From assembly GCA_965207035.1 (NCBI GenBank), contig OZ242259.1, positions 668,502 through 732,501 on the forward strand: a stretch of 64,000 bases of DNA, in the 5' to 3' direction. Position 1 is the first letter of the stretch; every line of letters begins with the position of its first letter. A model generated the notes under the pieces. It had not been told where the DNA came from, searched no databases, and was given only the letters and a program-made list of their open reading frames with translations. A program made the translations under genes and the position numbers. This document shows positions 28,259 through 38,236 of the stretch, in pieces. The stretch is from Bryobacterales bacterium (GTDB lineage Bacteria > Acidobacteriota > Terriglobia > Bryobacterales > UBA6623).

Positions 28259-29731
28259 ATGGGTTGGATTGAATCGCTGGCGCGCTGGCGTCATCCAGGA
28301 CAATCGTGGGGCGTTGGCTGCGCGGTTGTGTTCCTGACTGTTTGCTGTGGCGGTAGCGCCCAGAATAACGATCAAACCGGGAGCCCGAACATCATTTGGA
28401 TCATGGCCGATGACTTAGGATACGGGGACCTGGGATCTTACGGGCAGGAGCGGATCAAGACGCCGAACCTGGACGCAATGGCGGACGAAGGCATGCGCTT
28501 CACGCACGCCTATGCAGGATTCACGGTTTGCGCTCCGTCCCGTAGCGTCCTCATGACCGGCCAGCACACCGGGCACACGAGAGTGCGGCGCAATGGCTCG
28601 AAAGGTCTGCTGGACGAAGACGTCACAGTTGCAGAACTGCTCCGCTCGATGGGCTATGCGACGGCGCTGATCGGCAAGTGGGGCTTGGGAATGGAGGATT
28701 CTCCCGGGGCTCCCTGGAGACAGGGCTTCGATCATTTCTTCGGGTACTTGAGCCAAGGGCATGCGCACAACTTCTATCCGGAGTTCCTGATGCGAAACGC
28801 GGAACGCACCCCGCTACGAAACGTTGTTGTGCGCTCCAGCCGGTATCAGGGTATGAGCGGCGTGGCCACGGACCGCGTCGATTACTCCCACGACTTGCTG
28901 ATGGCTGACGCTCTGGAATGGGTTGAGTCCCAAAGGGAAGGTCCATTCTTCCTGTATCTGGCCCTAACCATTCCACACGCGAATAATGAGGCCGGTTCGA
29001 GGAATGGCGGCGGGGATCCGGGCATCGACAGCATACTCGACGATTTGGGTGACCATCGGGAGCGAATCGGCATGGAAGTTCCGGATGCCGGCATCTACGC
29101 GGACAAGGAGTGGCCAGGGCCTCAAAAGGGAACGGCGGCAATGATCACCCGCATGGACGGCGGCGTGGGGCAATTGTTCGAGACACTACGACGTCTCGGC
29201 ATCGACGAGAGAACCTTGGTGTTTTTCACTTCGGACAACGGACCGCATGCCGAGGGCGGCAACGACCCCCGGTTTTTCAACTCCAGCGGTCCGCTTCAGG
29301 GGTATAAACGCTCGCTTCACGACGGCGGGATCCGTGTGCCGATGATCGTTCGCTGGCCGGGCCAGGTGGCCCCCGGCACCGTTAGCGACTTGTCGTGGTA
29401 TTTCGCGGACTTCCTCCCGACTGTCGCGGAGTTGGTCGGATTCGAAGTGCCCGATGACGTGGATGGCCGAAGCGTGCTACCAACATTGTTGGGCGAGGAT
29501 CGACCGCGAGACGACAGATTCATGTATTGGGGCGGTACTCGCGGTAACGCTGAAGCTGTGAGGTGGGGGCGCTGGAAGGCTGTTCGGGAGAGTCCCGAGG
29601 AACCGCTGGAGATCTTCGACGTGACGAATGACGCTGGCGAGCAGAACAACGTGGCCGGGGACAATCCCGAGGTCGTGCGGGCAATCGTCGAATTCATGGA
29701 TCAGGCGGTTTCGGACCTGCCGGCGCAGTGA
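28259..29731 (+). CDS. Arylsulfatase-family sulfatase (Cys-type), possible lipoprotein
   Basis: PNIIWIMADDLGYGDLG, CAPSRSVLMTG, GKWGLG, TIPHANNE, SDNGPH, GGIRVP. Confidence 0.93.
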   Translation: MGWIESLARWRHPGQSWGVGCAVVFLTVCCGGSAQNNDQTGSPNIIWIMADDLGYGDLGSYGQERIKTPNLDAMADEGMRFTHAYAGFTVCAPSRSVLMTGQHTGHTRVRRNGSKGLLDEDVTVAELLRSMGYATALIGKWGLGMEDSPGAPWRQGFDHFFGYLSQGHAHNFYPEFLMRNAERTPLRNVVVRSSRYQGMSGVATDRVDYSHDLLMADALEWVESQREGPFFLYLALTIPHANNEAGSRNGGGDPGIDSILDDLGDHRERIGMEVPDAGIYADKEWPGPQKGTAAMITRMDGGVGQLFETLRRLGIDERTLVFFTSDNGPHAEGGNDPRFFNSSGPLQGYKRSLHDGGIRVPMIVRWPGQVAPGTVSDLSWYFADFLPTVAELVGFEVPDDVDGRSVLPTLLGEDRPRDDRFMYWGGTRGNAEAVRWGRWKAVRESPEEPLEIFDVTNDAGEQNNVAGDNPEVVRAIVEFMDQAVSDLPAQ

Positions 29732-29989
29732 CGGTACGGTTTGGCGACGGTCACTTCGAGGTAACCGCTAGCGGGCTGATCTGGGCCGGACCCCCGGTGT
29801 GGAAGTGTGGCCCGGTCCCAGACCGGGTCCTTGCTGCAGCATGCTAGGCTTCAGCGCCTTCAGCGGGTTGCGAGAGTTCCGCATGGGTTGTTGCGCGATT
29901 TCATCGTGGACACGACTTGATGCCCCGCCGAGCCATGTAACCCGGGATTTCCGGAACTCTTCGCAATCTCGTATACTCGCATTGCCCCG

Positions 29990-30430
29990 ATGCGCAAGAA
30001 GCTGTTTGATGAGATTGAAGTTGGTGAGACCCACGAGACTCCGGGAATTACCGTGACGGAATGGCACGTGATGGGCTTTGCGGCGGTCTCGATGGACTTC
30101 TTCGAATTGCACACGAATGATGAGTACGCGCGTCGTACGCAATTCGGGCGTCGAGTCGCTCACGGGTTGTTGGGGCTCGCGTTGGCCGACGGGCTGAAGC
30201 ATCGCTCGACTTTCCAGGTGGAGGCGATCGCCTCGCTTCACTGGTCGTGGGACTTCCGGGCGCCAATCCTCGTCGGCGATACGATTCGTGCCCGGCTGCG
30301 GGTGTCGGACAAGAAGGCTTCTCGATCGAAGCCGGACCGGGGGGCCGTCACGGTTGAATACGAGGTGCTGAATCAACGCGACGAAGTCGTGCAGTCAGGG
30401 ACAAATACGATGATGGTGAAGACATGCTGA
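29990..30430 (+). CDS. MaoC-like dehydratase (hotdog fold)
   Basis: FAAVSMDFFELHTNDEYA, FGRRVAHG, FRAPILVGDT. Confidence 0.88.
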   Translation: MRKKLFDEIEVGETHETPGITVTEWHVMGFAAVSMDFFELHTNDEYARRTQFGRRVAHGLLGLALADGLKHRSTFQVEAIASLHWSWDFRAPILVGDTIRARLRVSDKKASRSKPDRGAVTVEYEVLNQRDEVVQSGTNTMMVKTC

Positions 30431-31749
30431 CACGGAGAGGGTTCATTGCGATTGCCGCCTTGCCGCTGGCCGGGCGGCGAGGTGTCGCCAATTGGCCGGG
30501 GTTTCGGGGCGCGGACTCGACAGGAGTGCCGAATGACGAGTCCGGTCTCCCCCACAGTTGGAGTGCCACGGAAAACGTCGCCTGGAAGGCCGCCATCGGC
30601 GGAAGCGGGTGGTCATCTCCCATTGTCTGGGGCGACAACGTCTTTGTGACATCGGCTCGCGGCGCAACACTGGGATCCGAGCCGGAGGGAGGGTTCTACC
30701 AAGGCGCCGTCGAGAGCCCGCGCCCAGAAGATGAGCACCGGTGGTTCGCGCATTGTCTGGATCTCCAGACCGGTGACACTACGTGGCGGACGGAATTGCA
30801 TCGCTCCGTGCCATCCGTAGGCCGTCACCGGAAGAATACATATGCTTCGGAGACCGCCGTCACTGACGGCGAGCATCTATACGCACACGTCGGTGATCTC
30901 GGCACATGGTGCCTGGACTATCAAGGCAAGATCTTGTGGCACCGACCGTGGCTTCCGGTAAGGACGCGGTGGGGGTATGGCACGGCGTCGTCCCCAAGGT
31001 TGCATGGCGGACGCCTCTACATCGTGAACGACAACGAGGAGCAGTCGTATCTAGTAGCCTTGGACAAAGCCACTGGCGCGGAGATCTGGCGCGTCGAGCG
31101 AGACGAGCCGACGACCTGGTCAACGCCGTTTGTCTGGGAGACCGCCTCCAGAACGGAGATTGTCACCGTCGGCCGGGAGAGAGTGCGTTCGTACGACTTG
31201 GACGGCAGGGTGCTATGGGAGTTGCGCGGCCTTTCGTCCCTAGCCATACCGACACCGTTTGCCTCGGGAGACCTGCTCTATGTCACCTCCGGATATGTAG
31301 GGAGCCAGGAGCGTCCGATCTACGCAATTCGGCCGGGGGCATCTGGAGACATCACCCTCCGAGATGGAGTGACATCCAATGACTACATTGCTTGGTCTGT
31401 GCCGCAGGGCGGGCCGTACCATCCGTCAGGCTTGGTCTACCAGGGCCATTACTACACGCTTCACGATCGAGGATTCTTGACCTGCCACGACGCGCTCACG
31501 GGCGCAGAAACCTACGGCAAGACCCGGATCTCACGCGACAGCGCCAATTTCACCGCTTCGCCATGGGCTTACGATGGCAAGTTGTTCTGCCTTGACGAAG
31601 CTGGCACGACGTTCGTTGTCAAGACGGGGCCGGAATTCAAGTTGATCGGCACCAATGCGTTGGCTGAGATGTGCATGGCGACGCCTGCAATCGTTCCCGG
31701 CGGCTTGTTGATCCGGGCTTACTCGACGCTATTCAAGATTGCGGCGTAG
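30424..31749 (+). CDS. Tat-exported PQQ-binding-like beta-propeller protein
   Basis: TRRGF Tat motif, NWPGFRG, GWSSPIVWG, repeated propeller Trp motifs (GAEIWR, TWSTP, FTASP). Confidence 0.88.
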   Translation: MLTRRGFIAIAALPLAGRRGVANWPGFRGADSTGVPNDESGLPHSWSATENVAWKAAIGGSGWSSPIVWGDNVFVTSARGATLGSEPEGGFYQGAVESPRPEDEHRWFAHCLDLQTGDTTWRTELHRSVPSVGRHRKNTYASETAVTDGEHLYAHVGDLGTWCLDYQGKILWHRPWLPVRTRWGYGTASSPRLHGGRLYIVNDNEEQSYLVALDKATGAEIWRVERDEPTTWSTPFVWETASRTEIVTVGRERVRSYDLDGRVLWELRGLSSLAIPTPFASGDLLYVTSGYVGSQERPIYAIRPGASGDITLRDGVTSNDYIAWSVPQGGPYHPSGLVYQGHYYTLHDRGFLTCHDALTGAETYGKTRISRDSANFTASPWAYDGKLFCLDEAGTTFVVKTGPEFKLIGTNALAEMCMATPAIVPGGLLIRAYSTLFKIAA

Positions 31750-31810
31750 GGCTTTCGCCCTCATCGGAAGGTGATTCCGTGTCATTCGGACGGAAGGGGT
31801 CGGGTCGGTT

Positions 31811-32689
31811 CTAGCAGGCCCACGGAGGCCGCTCGGGAAGGAGCGCTTCGAATTCGGCAATTAGTTGGGCTTGGTACGCTCCCGCGAAAGAGCCGCCGAA
31901 GAAGCGTTCCAGGGCCTCGCTGTTCAGGCGTTCCCAAGACTGCTCTTCGTGTCCAGGGTTGACCGGGTAAAACAAGCAGCCTGTTGCCTCGGCTGCCTTC
32001 CTGTCTCCGGGCGCATCGCCAATCATCAACCGCTTGTCGGGGGCGTAGCGATCTCCTCCGGCCATCGCCCGGAGGTGTTCGGTCTTCTTGCCGAGTTCCT
32101 GGCCAGCGATGACTTGGGGGTAGTGAGCGATGGCATTCTCGTCCCACTCGCGCTGCAACGCTTCTGCGGGAGTGCCCGAAACCACAACCAGATCGGCGTT
32201 GGACACAATCCTGTTCAGTGTGTCGACGACCCTCGGGAAAGGCGGCACGCCAAAGACAATGTCCTTGACCAACACATTGACAGCAAGGCTCCAATCCATC
32301 GTCAAGTCCAGCAGTGGGTGAGGGGATTGCTTGCGGTACGCTTCAAGCCCTGCGTTGCTCGGTGGAAACTCGGAATCGATAAAGGCCTGAAGGGGCCCGA
32401 GATCGGGCACGTCGATCCCTCTCGCGGCGGCTTCCGGCCATTCTGAAACGAGGCGGAGTGACCGTACGCACACCGGAAAGCGGTTCATGCCCCGCGTCTT
32501 GGAGTACAGATTGGCAAACTCCCAAGCACGCCTGGCGTACTTCGACGCCGCTTGCAGGCGCCAATGCTTGATAAACATCGGCGTGAAGCATTCCTTGTGC
32601 TTGATCTCCATCGAGTCGAACACGCATCCGTCCGAATCGAGACCGACGAAATACTCGTGGGAGGGGCTGAAGTCTTGCAATGTCTTCAT
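31811..32689 (-). CDS. HAD-superfamily hydrolase
   Basis: Motif I GLDSDGCVFD, motif II VVSGT, motif IV MIGDAPGD. Confidence 0.87.
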   Translation of the reverse strand: MKTLQDFSPSHEYFVGLDSDGCVFDSMEIKHKECFTPMFIKHWRLQAASKYARRAWEFANLYSKTRGMNRFPVCVRSLRLVSEWPEAAARGIDVPDLGPLQAFIDSEFPPSNAGLEAYRKQSPHPLLDLTMDWSLAVNVLVKDIVFGVPPFPRVVDTLNRIVSNADLVVVSGTPAEALQREWDENAIAHYPQVIAGQELGKKTEHLRAMAGGDRYAPDKRLMIGDAPGDRKAAEATGCLFYPVNPGHEEQSWERLNSEALERFFGGSFAGAYQAQLIAEFEALLPERPPWAC

Positions 32690-32728
32690 GGCTGGCTTGG
32701 AATGGCCGATGGAAAAGCCCTCGAAACA

Positions 32729-34141
32729 CTAGCGGCTCCACTGGGTATGGAACACGCCGTCCTTGTCGAGGCGCCGGTAGGTGTGAGCGCCGAAGTTGTC
32801 GCGTAACGCCTGCAGCAGGTTTGCCGGCAAGAACTCCGAGCGGTAGCTGTCCAGGTAAGCGAGCGTGGCGCCAAGGCAGGTGGTGGCGACTCCGCTACGA
32901 TTCGCAACTTCCACTGCTGTCCTGAGCGCGGGCAGGGAAGCGTTGACGATGGAGGCGAATGCCGGATACACCAGCATGTTTTCCATGTCCGGTCGTTCCA
33001 GGTACGCCTGCTTGATCGGATCCAGGAGCCGCGAACGGATGATGCAGCCTTGTTTCCAGATACGGGAGACCTCGGCGAGATCGGTCCCGAAGTCGTACTC
33101 CCTGGAAGCGACCTGAATGAGGTGCAGGCCCTGTGCGTAGGAAGCGATCATTGCGAGGTACAGAGCGTCGTGCAGCACGCTGACGAGATCGGCCGTGTCG
33201 CCGTCGTACGAGACCTCGGACCTCCCGAGGATGCCGGAAGCCTCAACCCGCGCCTGTTTCAGTCCAGATAGGATGCGGGCATTAACGGATTGCGTGAGAG
33301 TTGGAATTGGAACACCTAGATCCAAAGCGCTTTGCGCGGTCCACTTTCCAGTACCCTTCTGGCCCGCAGTGTCGAGAATCTTTTCAACCAACGGGTCGCC
33401 GGTGTTCTCGTCGATCTTGCTGAGGCACTGGGCCGTGATGTCAACAAGGAAACCGCCTACAGCTGGCGAATCGGTCCAACGCTGGAATACTGCTTGGATC
33501 TCCGACGTCTCCATGCGCGCAGCGCGGCGCAACACGTCGTACACCTCGCAAATCAGCTGCATGATTCCGTACTCGATGCCGTTGTGGACCATCTTCACGT
33601 AGTGCCCCGCGGAGTGACGCCCGCAATAGGTGACGCAAGCGCCGTCATCCTCGGTCTTGGCGGCGATTCTCTCGAGTACTGGGGCGATCCGCTCGTAGGC
33701 CGCTCGGTCGCCGCCAGGCATGATTGAGGGACCCCACAGAGCGCCCTCCTCTCCGCCGGAAATTCCGCAGCCGACGAAGTGGATGCCGGCATCCTGGAGC
33801 CGCATGGCCCTTCTGTCCGTGTCGGGGAAGTGGGCGTTTCCTCCGTCGATGATCACGTCTTCTGGTTCGAGGTGATCGAGCAACGCGTCAATCACACGAT
33901 CCGTCGCAGACCCGGCGGTTACCATCAACAGTACCCGCCTCGGACGATTGAGCAGGGAGGCCAGTTCTTCGATGGACTGGGTAACGGTGACGTTCTTGCC
34001 GGCAGACTCGGCGCGCATACGCTGGGCGTTCTCGTTCCCGCGGTTGTACGCGATGACTGGGAATCCGTTGCGTTCAATGTTCAGTGCAACGTTACGGCCC
34101 ATGACGCCAAGGCCGGCGACTGCGAAGTTGTCTTTTGCCAT
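32729..34141 (-). CDS. gnd: 6-phosphogluconate dehydrogenase, NADP-dependent, decarboxylating
   Basis: GLGVMGRN, IDGGN, GISGGEEGA, GHYVKMVHNGIEYG, GQKGTGKWT, GCIIRS, QALRDNFGAHTY. Confidence 0.97.
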   Translation of the reverse strand: MAKDNFAVAGLGVMGRNVALNIERNGFPVIAYNRGNENAQRMRAESAGKNVTVTQSIEELASLLNRPRRVLLMVTAGSATDRVIDALLDHLEPEDVIIDGGNAHFPDTDRRAMRLQDAGIHFVGCGISGGEEGALWGPSIMPGGDRAAYERIAPVLERIAAKTEDDGACVTYCGRHSAGHYVKMVHNGIEYGIMQLICEVYDVLRRAARMETSEIQAVFQRWTDSPAVGGFLVDITAQCLSKIDENTGDPLVEKILDTAGQKGTGKWTAQSALDLGVPIPTLTQSVNARILSGLKQARVEASGILGRSEVSYDGDTADLVSVLHDALYLAMIASYAQGLHLIQVASREYDFGTDLAEVSRIWKQGCIIRSRLLDPIKQAYLERPDMENMLVYPAFASIVNASLPALRTAVEVANRSGVATTCLGATLAYLDSYRSEFLPANLLQALRDNFGAHTYRRLDKDGVFHTQWSR

Positions 34142-34391
34142 TGGAGTTGTTCCTTGGTGGAAGCGCGGTATTAAGCACCCGCTTGGAGGTATACACGGGG
34201 CTAGAGGAAAGGCTTACCGAATGCCGCGTTGAGACTCTGCACCCCGGACAGAGAGCCGCGGAGTTCGGTGAATCCTCTATTGTACGGTACCGCCTCGGCA
34301 GCTTGGGCCCGACTTGCCGGCCGGCTGTCCGGCGGCTCAGGACTGTTTCGGTTTCTTGCTGGGGCGAGAACCGGGTTAAGATGATATCCTC

Positions 34392-36311
34392 ATGCCTCGC
34401 AGTTCGAACCGAAGGGCCAGGCTCACGCAGCCGCTTGTGCGGCGGAACGGGTCTCTGCAGCCGACGACCTGGGATCATGCATTGGACGTAGCCGCGGGCG
34501 CGTTTCAGCACGCGATTGACAGAAACCCCACCCGGTCGTTCGGCATGTTTAGTTGTTCGAAGACAACGAACGAACTCAACTACACTGCGCAGAAATTTGT
34601 TCGGACCGTCATCGGCTCGAACAATATCGACAGTTGCAACCGCACTTGACACGCACCGAGCGTCGTCGGTCTGGCGACAGTGTTCGGGGCGGGCGGGGGC
34701 ACGAGTTCGTACCAGGAGGTAGAGGAGACGGACCTGATCGTCCTCTGGGGGTCCAACGCCCGCGATACCCATCCGATCTATTTTCACCATGTGCTCAAGG
34801 GCATCCGGAATGGTGCATCCCTTTATGTGATCGACCCGCGCCGCACAAGTTCCGCCCAATGGGCGGACCGTTGGCTAGGTCTGGATGTTGGCACGGACAT
34901 CGTTCTCGCTCATGCAGTCGGTCGAGAGATTCTGGCCCAAGGCCTCGAGAACCGGCATTTCATCGAGCACGCTACCAGCGGCCTGGATGCATATCGCGAA
35001 GCGGTTCAGCATTGCACTCTCGATTTCGCGGAGAAGACGACGGGCGTCCCGAGAGAGGCCATTCGGGAACTGGCGCATGCGTATGCCACAGCTCCGACGG
35101 CGCAGTTGTGTTGGACCCTGGGGATTACCGAACACCACAACGCCGTCGACAATGTGCTGGCCCTGATCAACCTCGCGCTGTTGACCGGCCATGTCGGACG
35201 ATACGGATCGGGGCTGTGTCCTCTTCGCGGGCAAAACAACGTTCAGGGTGGCGGGGACATGGGTGCGTTGCCCGATCGCCTGCCGGGATTCCAGCATGTC
35301 GAGAACAGTGGCCTGCGAGCCAAGTTCGAAGCCGCCTGGGGCTGCAGTGTTCCTCCCGAGAAGGGCTGGAATTTGAGTGAAATGCTCCATGCGATGGACA
35401 CCGGGGAACCGAATACGCTCTACGTGTTGGGAGAAAATCCAATTGGTTCCGAGCCCGATAGCCGCAGCACGATGAGACGCATGAAGGCCTTGGAGTTCCT
35501 GGTCGTCCAGGACATCGTCATGACCCAGACAGCCGAGATCGCGGATGTTGTGCTGCCCGCGCAAGCGGGATGGGCCGAATCGGAAGGGACTGTGACCAGC
35601 AGCGAGAGACGCGTGCAGAGGGTCAGACGTGCCGTGATTCCGCCTGGAGGCGCGCGCGACGACATGCGCATTCTCTTCGACCTGGCCCGTCGGCTGGGAC
35701 ATGACTGGGGCGAACCGGTGGCGGAGGAGATCTGGGACGAGTTGCGTGGTCTGAGTCCGATGCACGCCGGGATGAGTTACGCTCGACTGGACCGTCTTGG
35801 AGGCATTCGCTGGCCGTGCTACGACGAAATGCACCCTGGAGAGTTGTTTCTGCACGGGCGCCTGTGGGCCGATCCCATGATTGGACCGCGCGCGCCATTC
35901 AGTCCCGTGCCGCACGACCCGCCCGTTGAGCAGCTTGACGATGAGTTTCCCGTGCGCCTGACGACTGGACGGCGCCTCGATGCATTCAACACCGGAGTTC
36001 AGTCCGACAGCTATTCGTCTCCGTTGCGCAGGCGCGAGACGCTTGACATATCGCCGGAGGACGGCGAAGCGTACGGATTGGAGGAGTTCGAGAGAGTCCG
36101 AGTGACGTCGAGGCGAGGATCCCTGGTCATTCCCGTACGATTCGATGCCGGGCTGCGTCCCGGTTTGGCATTCATGACACCTCATTCCCCGGATCATGCG
36201 GATGCGAACGTGCTGACAATAGATGCGATCGATCCGAAATCGGGAACCGCCGAGTTCAAGGCTTGCGCAGTTCGCATTGATAAGATGAGAGCCGCTCCGA
36301 GCGGCGATTGA
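34392..36311 (+). CDS. Selenocysteine-containing formate dehydrogenase catalytic (Mo/W-bisPGD) subunit lacking the N-terminal Fe-S domain
   Basis: ORFs 34392..34649 and 34680..36311 are in the same frame, joined through TGA 34647-34649 in NIDSCNRT-U-HAPS; PLRGQNNVQGGGDMG and GTAEFKACAV motifs; SECIS immediately downstream. Confidence 0.92.
34650..34680 (+). promoter_or_regulatory. Bacterial SECIS element
   Basis: gtcgtc-GGTCT-ggcgac hairpin (34662-34678); GGUCU begins at nt 22 counting from the U of UGA, as in E. coli fdhF. Confidence 0.88.
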
Positions 36312-36388
36312 GCGGGCCAACGTTTCAGATGAATTGGTGACCGTCGACGACGCGCTTGGGACCTGCGTCGCAGGCTATGTAGGTTGTT

Positions 36389-38236
36389 GTGGATCTTCAT
36401 TTCACGTCGGACACTGCGGACGAGCGGGAGCGGTCAGCGATCGATGAGGTCCTGGGACCTGCGAGATCGCGCTGGGGCGGTGGAGACCGCTCAGATCGTT
36501 CTGAAGAGCAGACTTCGTCAAGCGGCCAGAGCGTCTCAAAGCTGCGCCACCTACTTTTGCCATTGCTGCACGCAATTCATTCCCGGGTCGGCTGGATCAG
36601 TCCGGGTGCCCTGAACTACCTCTGTCAGAGGCTCGAGGTGCCGCCCGCCGAAGCATTTGGTGTGGCGGACTTCTACGAAATGTTCTCGCTTTCTAAGCAG
36701 CCGCCAGTGGTGGCGCGCGTATGCGATGACATTGCATGCCAAGTCAAGGGCGCGGACACCCTATGCGCAGCATTCGAGACCGCCTTCGGCCCGGCCTCGG
36801 GCAAGGACGGCGCCAGACCCATGAAGTGGGTTCGCAGTTCCTGCCTCGGCCTCTGCGAGCGAGCCCCAGCGGTTCTGGTAACAGGCGCAGGTACGGGCCC
36901 TTGGAATCGCGTCCTAGCCCCGGCCACGGCAAACGAAGTCGCCGCAGTCCCTGCAAACGGTAGCGCCGGCACTAATGACCCGCATCCCGTGGAAGTCTCT
37001 GTTCCTCAAGCCGGCAATCCTTCGCTGAAGCTCTTGCAGAGAGTCCGCTCGGCTGGCACCCATCGATTGGATGACTACCGCGGCCGTGACGGATTCAAGG
37101 CCTTCGAACTGGCACTCAAGAAGGGGCCCGACTGGGTGATCAGCCAAGTGGAGGAGTCCAACCTGCTAGGGAGGGGCGGCGCCGCGTTTCCTACTGGACG
37201 CAAGTGGCGTGCGGTCTCATTGGCCGCCGCTCCCAAGTACTTGATCTGCAATGCGGACGAGTCCGAGCCGGGGACATTCAAGGACCGGGTTCTCATGGAA
37301 GGCGACCCTCATGCCATTGTGGAGGCCATGGCGATCGCCGCCTACGCTGTGGGTTGCGAGCGCGCCTATGTCTACATTCGAGGCGAGTACCCCAGGGCCA
37401 CCGACCGAATGCGGTCCGCAATCCATGAGGTGGAGTCCGCAGGTCTGCTGGCGCACGCTTGCCCGATTGAGATCCGGCGCGGCGCGGGAGCATATATATG
37501 CGGTGAGGAGACGGCTCTGTTCAACTCGATCGAGGGCTACCGAGGCGAGCCGCGCAACAAGCCTCCATATCCGACCGAATCCGGGTTGTTCGGGAGACCG
37601 ACGCTCGTGAATAACGTGGAGACATTTGCGAACGTTCCCCGCATCTTGCTCGATGGGGGAAGTACGTTTTCCGCGGTGGGCACTAGTCGTTCTTCCGGGC
37701 CCAAGCTCTTCTGCCTCTCCGGCCACGTCTGTCGTCCCGGCGTATACGAGGCTCCGTTCGGCGCAACGGTGCGGGCACTGATCAACCTGGCGGGCGGAGT
37801 TGCCGGCACCGGCGAATTGCAAGCAGTGCTTGTGGGTGGTGCAGCCGGCACCTTCCTCGGGCCCGAGGAGATTGATGTCCCGTTCACGTTCGAGGGCATG
37901 CGGTCCATCGGCGCCTCAGTGGGGTCTGCGGTCGTCATGCCATTTGACACCAGCGTGGACCTAGGCCGCGTCCTGTTGCGGATCGCCGATTTCTTCCGCG
38001 ACGAGAGTTGCGGGCAATGCGTCCCATGCCGAGTCGGGACGGTGCGGCAGCATGAACTTATTGAGCGTCTGCGAGCCGGTCAGCCGATCGGTTCCATGGA
38101 GCAGGAGCGGTTGCTTCTCAACGACATCTCCCAGGTGATGCGTGACGCTTCGATCTGCGGCCTGGGACACACTGCGGCAAGCGCAGTGGATTCCGCGCTC
38201 GCACGATTCCCCTTGTTCCCGAGGAGTGCCCGATGA
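36389..38236 (+). CDS. Fused NuoE-NuoF-like (FdsG/FdsB-like) NADH/FMN diaphorase subunit
   Basis: NuoE-type CDDIAC...CLGLC; NuoF motifs GRGGAAFPTGRKW, CNADESEPGTFKDR, GAGAYICGEETAL, ESCGQCVPCRVG, SICGLG. Confidence 0.92.
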   Translation: MDLHFTSDTADERERSAIDEVLGPARSRWGGGDRSDRSEEQTSSSGQSVSKLRHLLLPLLHAIHSRVGWISPGALNYLCQRLEVPPAEAFGVADFYEMFSLSKQPPVVARVCDDIACQVKGADTLCAAFETAFGPASGKDGARPMKWVRSSCLGLCERAPAVLVTGAGTGPWNRVLAPATANEVAAVPANGSAGTNDPHPVEVSVPQAGNPSLKLLQRVRSAGTHRLDDYRGRDGFKAFELALKKGPDWVISQVEESNLLGRGGAAFPTGRKWRAVSLAAAPKYLICNADESEPGTFKDRVLMEGDPHAIVEAMAIAAYAVGCERAYVYIRGEYPRATDRMRSAIHEVESAGLLAHACPIEIRRGAGAYICGEETALFNSIEGYRGEPRNKPPYPTESGLFGRPTLVNNVETFANVPRILLDGGSTFSAVGTSRSSGPKLFCLSGHVCRPGVYEAPFGATVRALINLAGGVAGTGELQAVLVGGAAGTFLGPEEIDVPFTFEGMRSIGASVGSAVVMPFDTSVDLGRVLLRIADFFRDESCGQCVPCRVGTVRQHELIERLRAGQPIGSMEQERLLLNDISQVMRDASICGLGHTAASAVDSALARFPLFPRSAR

